From positions 17,895-81,894 of the forward strand of contig JBNGIO010006303.1 of the NCBI GenBank assembly GCA_049999805.1: DNA of 64,000 nucleotides. The letters are read 5' to 3'. Made by a program: the position numbers and the translations under genes. Numbering within the stretch: the stretch's first letter is position 1; the number at the start of each line of letters is the position of its first letter. The stretch comes from Folioceros fuciformis (lineage: Eukaryota). This document shows positions 34,106 to 45,055 of the stretch, piece by piece. The notes below the pieces were generated by a model that ran no database searches, was not told the origin of the DNA, and saw nothing but the letters and a program-made list of their open reading frames with translations.

Positions 34106-37100
34106 TTACGATCGCAGAGATTTCCAGTAACGGACGCTTGAGGGAGATAAGTGCACGGCATGCTGCAACCAGGATTTGGCCGTGTGCAATGTCTCCGGTC
34201 CATCCACTCCTCCTTTCGAAGCCCCATTTGACTTCTTTGCCAGGAGAGACATTTGGAAATACAATTCTGCTGGCCTGTACCCTGTACAACGTAGAGCCTC
34301 AGTAACACGAGAAAATCCAGAAAACGACAGCACTAGCGCCTATGGCTGAACTAGAATTACCTGCTGGCCAGCATGACCACTCCGCCCGAATATACTTCTC
34401 GACTTTCGGGGTTATGCACGAGACGCTCAGGATGGAGCCCCCGGAGCCTGCCTCAGCTTGAGCTAACAGAGCCTGTGCAATGGGCAAAGAACATTGGACA
34501 GAGGATCTGCGGAGGCTGCGAATCGCTGAAGTCCAGAACTCGGACCCTGCACTAACCTTAGCAAGCTCCACAGCAAGAGCACCTGTTGAAAGGAAAGCAA
34601 GGACGTGAGTTGCAAAACAAGTAGCCAGAAATAAATACGACTTTTCCGTTACAGTTCAAGAGCAGAAAACACCACTCGATTGGAGGATACCATGCAAAAG
34701 GTCTAGGACAGAATTGTTTGGACAGAGCTCTAAGGCACTTGCAGCAGCTTTTTCTGCAGAAGTCAAATCCTTTTCCTGAAGAAATCCCTGTGCCCGAATG
34801 AGTTGTAATGCTGCTGACCATACCCTTCTCTCCACTGTATCGATCTTTCGGATGGCATTCTCGCTGGTGGTTATTACAGACGGGCTGTCCTGATGTAACC
34901 CACACTGTTGCACTATTGATGCCAACACCACCCACCCTAAAGTATCATCTGGATGCATAGATGTAAGCAACATCTTAACCTCGTTCCCAAGGAGGTTACT
35001 GTTCTTCCCGACAGCATGGCATCGAACAAGTTGAAGATCTGCAATACGATTGTCACTTGCTGCAGGTGTTTGCCCTGAAGCGATTCTTGCAAATTCTACG
35101 GCCGTTGCCTCTTGGCCACTCTGCAAAGCACTCTCGGAGGCACATACAAGCAGGTGAATGCGCAAACGATGGTTTGCTTTACTGTTTTCAAAGGCTTCAA
35201 GCAGCGACAGAGCTGTTTTGCACATTCGCAAAATTGCTCTGCAAAGATTGCAAGGATAACCTAAACCTCTGGCTTGCTGAAGGGAGTCTGATATCAGATA
35301 TACATGTGGCAAAATATTCCACGGCTCCCTATGTAACCATCTACATCAGGAAGTGTGTAAGTGACTTCACCCATGACAAATTAACTCCAACAAATGAACA
35401 AGCACTCTTCTTACCTTTGAAGTTGTATCGAAATTGCAGCTGTTTCAGAATAGCCATGACAAGCTGAGAATGGTGGCAGGTCCTTTGCTGATCTACAGGA
35501 ACCACAAGCAAGAGCTGCGGAGGCCAGTGTTTTTATTTCCTCATGCTCAGCAGACGTGCCAGACAAAGGAAATGTTGCATGGCAGCATCGAACAGCGAGC
35601 TCTGCTGCTTGTCCTGAACTGTTCTCCAGAATTATCCTCCCAAGCTTAGACCTACATGGAACAGGAGAATGAACATAATAACTATGCCAACACACAATCT
35701 CAAGCATCTCCAAAGACATGCCTTTACGAATGAAACAGCTATGCCTACTCAAACCCTCACAATCTTACCTTAGAAGGGCATCATGAGGACGTAGGTGCAA
35801 GGTCTTCAGCAATGGTATCGACACAAGCTTATTGTCTCCTTGATAGAGAATCTGTCATAAGATTTTGACAAACTGTTAATGGAAACACAGCGGTGCAAGA
35901 ATGTGACACAGTAAAGCCTAGATATGCAATCCAGACGTAGCCATAAGATTCATAGAAAGAAGCAGCACGTAGCACCATCCACAGAGGTATCAACAACTAC
36001 CTGTCGGCCAACTGCAAGGAGTTCATGGAATTCTGAGGCTCGTTCATCTTCGACGACTTTGGAGCAGAAAGGCAAGAGGCTTGAAAAGACATGACTTTGA
36101 CGAGAAGAAATAGCCAAGGCAAGGGCTGTGAAGCAAAAGCTTGCTACAGAATAATCGAGTCGTGAGGCCCTCTGCATCTCTCTTATAGCTGGTGACGGTC
36201 CAAACTTAAAGTACAGCAATCTGCTCATAAGGCTTATCACTGCACGGCCAGTTACAGCATGTTGAATCTTAGACCCTGCTGCCTGTTGCAGAGTCATAAT
36301 TGCAACTTCTTTCTGACCACTCCACCACAAGGCCACTGCATATCCACATATTCCTCCAAGATCTGCCGCCAAACTACCTGTGAGGCAAACATATGCATTT
36401 CAGTTCTGCTAATATGTTCAAGACCTGCCAGTTAGTCATTGAAACCAGAAGCAGTTGATGACCTGTTGCAGCTAGCTTTTCATACTCTTGAACAGCTGCG
36501 CTCATCTTTCCGGCCTGAACAACTCAAGACATGCAAGAAACCAGGTCTCAATGGTAAGAGAAAATGAGCTTTTTTAATTAAACAACAAATATCCCCTAAA
36601 CACTCACCTTGCAAAGAGCTCGGGATAAGTTGATAGAGACTGCGAAGTGTTCCTGAGAGAAATTGGGCCTCGCCATCCCCACTTCTTCAAGTACAGTTCG
36701 GCTTGTGCGGAACGACTTGATGGCAGCATGGAAGTCTGACCTGGATTCACAGGCCAGCCCTTTGAGGTTGTGTGCTTCAGGGCATTGTGGGACCCGCTGA
36801 ATTACTTGCTCTAATGCTACATACACCTGACATCATCAACGGACAGTCTTCAAGTTAGTTTAACAAGTGCCAGAAATCAAATTTAGAACATGGAAGCACA
36901 GGACTCTGTGAACCCTAAAGGCTCTTTCAATCAAACCTGCAAGAGGTTCAGTTGCTGAGTATCAGCTGCAAGCTTTGCCAGACCCAATTGGACACTTGTA
37001 GTCTGCATTAGCCAGGAAAGACATCAGATCATACTGCAAAATATGCCACCAGAAGAAGGTAACACCTTCCTCCTCCTGGACTTCAGACAGTCTCTCAGCT

Positions 37101-40100
37101 TCCTTCAAATTGAAACACGGGGTCCGCTCAGAACTTATGGATCTCACCGGGGAGAGATGGATAGCATACAGACAGTCGGCCACAGCATCACGAAGTTTGT
37201 CCTTGCTGCTGTCACTAGACACGTCAATCATTAGACACATAAAACACAGAACATAGGGCAGACAACGAGTCCCAAACAGCCCAGTTGAGTGAGCTAACCT
37301 TCCCTTCAAGCTGTGAATAAAAGACATCCCAGCCCATGGTAATGAAAGCAGAGGGTCAGAACTCCGTGCACGATCAAATGCATGTGTTGCAAGCTCTTGA
37401 TTTCCCTCCATTAAATACAGCTGATACCAGCCGCAAGAGTGAATTAGATAGATGCGGTACATGTCAATGAGTGACTTAAAGCACTACGCTGAAAACGCAG
37501 CCTACCTGTCCAAGAAGAGCCCAAGCCAGGGAATGATCGCCATCAATGCGGAGAGCTTGGATAAGCGCATGTTGTTTCCATCTATTGTCATCCATAAGAA
37601 CACCAAGTGCTATCCAGTAATCTGGATTACCTCCCTCCAGCTGGATGCCTCCACAGACTAAATCGAGCCTGCCAGTCAGCACAATCCCGTTGACATCTCA
37701 AATGTATCTTCAAGGGCTTATAGTACAGGAAACGCTTCAAAGGGAGCAAGTTTCCTTTGCACCATGTCACGAGGGTGACCAATTTTAATCTCAAAAGGAA
37801 AAACGGAGTATGAGGAGCCCTGGCAGCCAGAGGCTCAGCTTTGCAGAATACGTACATCTTTTCTGAGGCCGAGTCTTCCATCCCTTGGAGACGACTTAGA
37901 CGCTCCAGACACAATCCCAAGTCCACGTACAAGTTGCTCTGAGAGGGACACATGTGCAATGCATGCTGATATGCTCTCTTGGCATCCCGAGCTGCACCAA
38001 GTTGCAGGTTACGCCAAGCCTGGATGCCTCTGAGCAGATTATGCTGTGTTTGTCCTCTGAGACTATGAACGACAGTAGAAGATTTGATGTCCACAGCTTC
38101 ACAGTATACAGCCTCTGTATATGTCGTCTGAAAATTTATCACTAGCAAGATTAATAATGTGGTGCTCGTTAGAAGATGGAGAGCTGTGTGCACAGGAAGT
38201 AGAAATGTATTCAGTGCTTGGGAACTACACCTAAACAATACCTTGATATCTCCCAACAGCTTCCACGCTGTCACCAAGTAACTAGATGTAGATGCCATTT
38301 CTCCTGCAATTGTTCCAGCTTCCTGGGATCGCAAATCCACGTTGTTACCTTGTGAATCCAAACAGATATTCGGAAATGACTTCAACGCGTTTCCATCACT
38401 AAAGGAACTTGCACCTCTAAAAGAGCAGTGCTCCATGCAAAAGCGCCTAGCCCTAAGCATTCTCGAGATCGCCCAAGAAGTGCCGCAGCAAGACCACAAC
38501 GAGCCACTACATGAGTGGGGCACTTTTCCAGTGCAAGGTGGAACATGTCAATTGCCTGGCAGCATGGACGCCTTCACTTTAGAACAAAATAGTCTAAATA
38601 CAAAATGAAAGATGAATCAGGATACAAAGCTGGTGCAACCTTGTACTATACCTTTGAGAACATTGAGAGGGCCAATAAAATGGCCCCACTCTCCAACAGA
38701 GCGAAAAGAGGTGAACAGTTCTCCAGAGCCAGCACTCCACTGTAAGCCTGTGTGACAGGAACCATGTTGAGATCCAGGGAGCATAGACACAAGGTCAACA
38801 ACATGATTTCACTGGAGTAGTAAACAAACCTTCAATGCAGCTGTCAGCATTCCCAGCTGCCGGTATGCTAAACCCAAGGCCTGGATATAAACAGTATAGT
38901 GTAAATAATTGTTGTACAAGTACCACAGAAGTTCCCAAGTCAAGAACACAAATAGGTGGCTCCCAGTATATCACCTCCCATGACTGCCCATCATGAGGGT
39001 AGCCTCTGAGAGCATGTTGTAAACTCGAGGTAGCTCCAGACCAGTCTTTCTGTTGCACCTGCAGACCAACCCACAGCAGAGCTTCACATCTTGATGCCAA
39101 GTGCACACTAAGAAAGCCTCCATGTACTACATCAGCAGCAAACAGCTGCCAAGAATGCAATGAAATGACAGTTTGAACTGAATACTTCAAAAGCACAACT
39201 CAGAGATAGGGAAAAGCAACGCACTTGAACAAAACCACGATGGCGCCAAGCCCAGTATGCACTGGCAGAAAGGTCTGTGACAGTATGACAGATCTCTGCA
39301 GCTACAGACTCTTGTCCTCTCTCTGAAAGGAGGTCACAGAGTGCTTGCTACACACAAAGTTTCTTGTCAGCGATAGAAAATATTTAACAGAGCATTTACT
39401 GCTGGTAAGCAGAACCTACCCCCGCTTCTGCATCATCCGCATCAAGCAACACTGCCTTATGATAGCAGCTAATGGCTTGCTGAGAAGTTTCCTGTACTGC
39501 CCGAAAATGATGTCCAAGGTCGCGAAAAACAGCAGCTTGCCCAGGATCCAAAGTAGCTGCTAGCATGAGTTGTTTCAACACGATGCTTCTAGAATAACCT
39601 AGGGATTCACCTCCCCTACAGTACGCAATGCCCTGGCAATACACGAGACTCCAATTATCAGACAGTCCATTAAGCAAAGGAAATGGAAATGGAAATGCAG
39701 TGCTTAGCGCATAGATAGATCAATCCGTACCAATCGGTGATGGTAGACTGCAACATCAGGGGAAAGTGCCACTGCCTGCTCCAGGCATCGCACAGCGTCA
39801 CTCAATTGTCCTTTCTTGTATGATTGCCATCCAAGCTCTGCAATCGCCCAATGGCTGTGAGGATACAAAGACACCACAGAACCCAACCTTGACCAAGCCT
39901 CTTCCAAGTTTCCTTGTGCTATTGAAACTTTTGCCAATTCCTGGTAACATATATAACCAAATATCATTACTCTGCTATCATTTAGTGACAAATCCATTCT
40001 TATATTATCTTCTGATAAAGCCAGTGAAGGTATGGGAAGGTGCCAAAGACACTGCTAACTTACCTCCAACGCAGACAAGCAAAGTGATTCATCAGATACT

Positions 40101-41619
40101 GCACGCGCACCCTGCATTCCAAAATAGTGCCGAGCTAAGGTTTAACAAGCGGAAGAGCAGAAAGGAAGAGCCCTCAACACTGCTCAGCTGAAAAACGCAC
40201 CTTGAGCACAGCTTGCAAAGTCTGGTCAGCATCTACGTACAGTTTCAAGGATAAGAATGCACGAGCCAGAATCAGTTTGAGCCTTAGCTCGACCAAAAGC
40301 AGGCTGAGTCCAAAAGTTGCTCGCCAGGATAAAACTGCGCCCAGCCCCTGGTTGATGCATTTGACAGCATCGCCACCTGCCCCTCGATCCAAGTGGACCA
40401 CGGCCAAGAGGTGCCACCTGGTTCAGAAGACAGCTCAGCTTAGAGATATTTATCTATATATATATGTCCTATACAAGATTGAGCTTCGCATTGAAATTTC
40501 CGTACCCAGTGACACAGCTGCTTTCTAGCTGGAGGGCTCGCTGCAGGAGCAAAACCTGTTTCTGAAAGTCCCATGTCCTGCTCCACACACCCTTAATTCA
40601 GGAAGGTGCAAAACTTCCCACAGTTCTACATAGCAAAACAAATCAATGAGATTTCGTCCAGACCACCTCGATACACACCTTTCATGCATTCCCAATGCAA
40701 TTGCTGCAAGACCACAACCATGCTCCGGATAGAAGTGATGACACCTCTGGCCAAACCATTCAATGCGTGCTATCCGATCCCCACCTATGTGGGCGAAACC
40801 GAGTGCATTGAACACCTCATCGCTCTCATCCTCTTCACATAGTGCCAAGCCAACTTGGAAAGCAAGTTCAGAAGGCCTGAAATGCGTCATAGCGACGCAA
40901 TTCTCCAGCAACGCCGATTTTGCCTTCCGCCACTCATCACCACCAACTCCTGCATGCAATACATGGTCAGAAGCAGATTGCAGCCACCCTACTACACCAG
41001 CATGTGGGCAGCCGCAAAAAGACCTTCATACCTTTCAAGGAAACCACCTTCTGAATGAACTGTCTAAGCTCTGCATCGTCAGGAACAGCCGGACTGCTGC
41101 TCACTGGAGCTTCCCCTCCTGACGACTCCCCCGTCCGAAGCGCAGCAAGCTTGACACTAAATGTTTGGAGGAGAATGCCATCCGCGGATGCCTCCGACAA
41201 TTTACATGCTTCTTCCAAAGCCTCCAGCAGTTTGTCCTTCTCTCCCGTCTCCTCATACAGCTCCACCAATCCCTGAAGCGAGACCAGCACATGAGACGCA
41301 CAGAATGGCGTTGCACCGCAAAAATTGCCCACTATGGCCATCATCATTCAGCTGAGAAGGAGATAAAACACAAAATGACTAATCCACTCACCTGCCAGGC
41401 GGGTAGCGATGCGGAATTTGTGTCAATCGCCTTGCGGAATGCCTTGTCCGCATGAACGGCCTGCTTCTGGGCCATGAAAGCTTTCCCAAAGATGATGTAG
41501 GCCTCATAGTTGTTGTGGTCCTGCTTGAGCACATGCTTGCAATGACGCCCCACTGCACCATAATCCTGTTTCTCCAAAGCCTCCTGAGCTGCTTTCAGCC
41601 TCCTCTCAACCTCCTCCAT
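34106..41619 (-). CDS. SKI3: SKI complex TPR subunit SKI3/TTC37
   Basis: N-terminus LKAAQEALEKQDY..CKHVLKQDHNNYEAYIIFG..LPAWQGL. Later exons encode LQHALRGYP, HNLKGLACESR, AFDRARSSDP..LPWAG, and the C-terminal RPAELYFQM..SVRYWKSL. More than 20 exons; boundaries approximate. Confidence 0.88.
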
Positions 41620-42126
41620 GGCGCTTCAAGTTTTGAATATCCAAACCTAAGCCCCCTTCCGTAGGCCAGTACGCATTCAACTACAACAACAAGAAGTCCT
41701 GTATGTTGATGTCCCGCAAGGGTGCATAAGTCAGCACGAATGTTTGCTAAAGTACCATGTAAACTACTGTGGTAAATAATGTAACGTAAAGTTAGCTCTG
41801 TGCGTCAAAACTTAGCTCAGTTAGCTTCTGCTAACAGCTATTTACAAGCGAAGTTAGGTTTAGCTGCCTGATAGTTTAATGCTCATTTACAAGTGAAACA
41901 GCGTGCTCGGCTCTGTTCGCTCGTTTGGGATGTGAATTCTGCAAGCTAGATTGGAATCTAAACTCTGATGGCTAAATTGGAATGCAAATTCCGTTTGCTA
42001 GATTGAAAGCTTCGAAACGACGATCGGTTTGCTATCTCTGTCTGTGGAAGAACCCGAGATCGCAGTGCTTGAAATCGAGGCAGCATTGCATGAGGACGAG
42101 GCTGGTGAAGCGAGAGCAAGCACAGA

Positions 42127-42729
42127 ATGCATCTCACTGTGGAGTTTGGGTTAGTATCAACGGTGTTCAGTCTAGGGCTTTTTTGTGCTGCGTTCTTTCT
42201 GTTCTCACGCCAGTGGAATTGTTGCAGAGGTGGCTTGGAGCTGCTCTTTGATTCCGTGAAGAAGCACGAGATCGAACTGGCATGTGAAGGCGAGTCCGCC
42301 AAGGTGCGAACCGAGCTCCTGGGGTTTAGCACGCGTTCTTCCTTGATGTGTATCTTTGTGATATGTTGTCCATCCATCTCAACTGAACTGATGGGTGGGG
42401 AACCGCTGCACTCGCTTGTTTCGGCAGGAGATCACGGTGGAGAGCTTGCTGATGTGGATTCGGGATAACCTTCTGAAAGAAAGACCAGAGATGTTCATGA
42501 GAGACAACTCAGTGTGAGCGAGTCGTCTGCCACAGACATGTTTGTTGCCCGTGAAAGGGCTCCCTTGTGACCTAGATGCATTGCTCTGATGCTGTTTTCT
42601 CTCTGTTGCAGGAGGCCTGGAATATTGGTTCTCATCAACGATTGTGACTGGGAGCTTTGTGGCAACCTTCGCGCACCCTTGGAGGACAAAGACACGGTTG
42701 TTTTTATCTCCACACTACACGGTGGTTAA
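42127..42729 (+). CDS. URM1: Ubiquitin-related modifier 1
   Basis: Spliced from 4 exons: [19 protein letters not shown]..|[10 protein letters not shown]..|[15 protein letters not shown]...[10 protein letters not shown]. The ORF track does not show it as a single ORF. Confidence 0.93.
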
Positions 42730-43193
42730 CCTCGTGAACGTTCGGAACAGACCCTCCTGGGTTTGGCTGTGAAGAGCTAGTTGAGGGCTTACTATTTGCA
42801 GTTGAAAGCATAGTTATTCTGAAAGGGACCACCTTGAAAGGCTTTGTGGTGGATTATTGCTCTCCACAAGGTCAAGCATTTCTGTAAAAGTGGCCATAGA
42901 ACTTAAGCGGAATTTATTAGTACGACTCCCAAGTCTTCTTTCCAAGTTCTCGTTCTCTGGTAACGGTAGCTCTTGACACTGCAAGATCGCAAAGACTGTC
43001 CAGCGAAGAAATGAGGTGGGTTGAGTTCATCGTCCACAAGTAGGCGGCCAAGCAAGTATGGACCTCGGACATGCATGCAACGACTTGTCCGACCAGGTCA
43101 CTCTTGGGGGAGCTGCTTCTCAGTTCTTGTTCTTGGCATTGGGCACATCATCTACTCCATCTACTCCGCAGGTTCGATCAGTGACGAGGGAGG

Positions 43194-44597
43194 ATGGCAG
43201 CCAAACTCCGAGCCGTGATTTGGTGGACACTTCTGATTGCCATGGTGCTGTCATCCTTGTTGCTGCAAGCTCCTCTCTTCCTGCGTAATTGGCCGGTGGG
43301 CAACGCGGCCTGCGTGTGCAACAGCGGAGCTACCAACTGCGATGCAAACTTCGCCGAAGAGCAGAGGCCGCAGCAGCAACAATTCTATGCGCACGGGACG
43401 GCGCACTACGGGTTTGTCCAATTCGGCGCATACCGGCAGTCCCCTCGCACCTTCTTCATCGTCGGCATCACCTCGGTGGCTGTGCGGGACTACACACCTC
43501 CGGTCCAAGCATGTGAGTGGAAGAGCAACGGAGGCGGCAGCGCAACGGCACCCGCAGAGATAATCTACATCGGCTTCGACGAGAACGGGGCCCTGTTCGT
43601 GCCGGCCATCGTCAACTGCTCGTTCCCAGACCCGGTAGGCGGAGACGGACTGGGAGGCGAGCTCTCCATCCAGCTCCCTGCGGGAGCGCGGGGAGGGAAG
43701 ACAATCACGGTGCTGGCAATGGCGGAGGAGCGCGGAGCAGCGACAAGCTTCTTCCACTCGCCGGCTCCCCGGCTGGCGTATGCCTTCTGCGGGCCGCCGA
43801 TGCATTCGGAGGTGCGGGCGGAGTGGATCCTGCACTGGCTCGTCTACCACCACGCCCTGTGGCAGCAGCAGGCGCACTTCTTCTTCTACAACGTCGGGGG
43901 GCTGAAGCCGCAACAACGCCGCCTCTTCCTACCTTACATCCGCGCCGGAGTGCTCACCATCACGGAAGTGGCGCGGGAGGCAGACTTCCCTTCTTGGTAC
44001 TACCAGCAGCCGCTCCTGGCCAACGACTGCCTCCACCGCTCCCGCTTCCTGGCGGACTGGACCTTCTTCCTGGACTTCGACGAGTTCCTCCACGTCCCGG
44101 CACCGGCATCCCTCCCGGCCCTTCTGCTCCTCCACCGGCAGGCCCCCTGGATCTCCTTCGGCAGCCTCCCCGTCTCCCACAGCCACTGCCTGGACACCGG
44201 CCCCGATCTTTGGCCCGTGGAGCGCATGCAGTGGAGACACAGCGCGCCGGAGTGCATGCATTCGGACAAGGATCCCTGGACCTGCGTGGCGGCCCCCGGG
44301 AGAAGGAAGTACGCAGTGAATCCCAGGGCGGTATTCGCAGCCGGTGTGCACAGGAGTGCGCTACCGGAGGACGGAGGAGTGGATTTGAACGCGTCCGTGG
44401 CCAGGATCCACCATTATCACGGCGTGCTGGCCCCGCAGGTGGAGCTCTGCCACCACCATGTGAACGTCTCCCAACCCCTGGAGCACTTGGATTGGCTCAT
44501 GCCAGGCTTCGCCAATTACGTTCACGACCCGGAGCTGGCCGCGCTGGTGTCGGCCGCCCGCCGGGCTTGGCTTTCTTCCAGACCCGGCCGCAGCTGA
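43194..44597 (+). CDS. Glycosyltransferase family 92 / DUF23 (galactan synthase GALS-like), type II membrane protein, intronless
   Basis: N-terminal transmembrane segment, FVQFGAYR, YAFCGPPM, WLVYH, WYYQQPLLANDCLHR, FFLDFDEF (DxD), RKYAVNPR..GVH and HHYHG. Confidence 0.88.
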   Translation: MAAKLRAVIWWTLLIAMVLSSLLLQAPLFLRNWPVGNAACVCNSGATNCDANFAEEQRPQQQQFYAHGTAHYGFVQFGAYRQSPRTFFIVGITSVAVRDYTPPVQACEWKSNGGGSATAPAEIIYIGFDENGALFVPAIVNCSFPDPVGGDGLGGELSIQLPAGARGGKTITVLAMAEERGAATSFFHSPAPRLAYAFCGPPMHSEVRAEWILHWLVYHHALWQQQAHFFFYNVGGLKPQQRRLFLPYIRAGVLTITEVAREADFPSWYYQQPLLANDCLHRSRFLADWTFFLDFDEFLHVPAPASLPALLLLHRQAPWISFGSLPVSHSHCLDTGPDLWPVERMQWRHSAPECMHSDKDPWTCVAAPGRRKYAVNPRAVFAAGVHRSALPEDGGVDLNASVARIHHYHGVLAPQVELCHHHVNVSQPLEHLDWLMPGFANYVHDPELAALVSAARRAWLSSRPGRS

Positions 44598-45055
44598 ATT
44601 GTGACGTCGAGTCGCGGAGACGAAGATCATGCAGGTGGTCACAAAATTCCGGCAAACAAAGTCGGGACGGCGGGATAAACCCTGGCTGGGACCCGCAATG
44701 ACGAGCCGGTCAACCCGGACTGCGTTTTCTGTGCTTTCTATTCTTTCCGTGGTACAGTAATTCGTCCTTGCAGCTCCCGGCCTTCAGTGAAATTGAATCT
44801 ACTGGAATCTCTCTCCGGAGTCTGAATCCATGCCCATCCACTCGGGCTGGCCACTAGCGGCTTCTCTTCTGCCTTTCCCGCTACCAGGAGCCAGCTATCT
44901 CTTGAGGCATCTGTGCTCCGACCTGCGCCTGCTCTCCCAGTTTAGTGCTTGAGGTTGCAGGGCGAGAGGGCCTGGATATGGATTGAGGAAGCGGCTGGTG
45001 GATCGGATTTCTTCCTTCGGGACGCAGTTCGTGGGCGGAGGGCGTGGTGATAGAG

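Noticed and set aside
43517-44701. 394-aa alternative-frame ORF over the GT92 gene
   Set aside because: It is Arg/Pro/Gly-rich with no motifs, as expected from high-GC codon bias.
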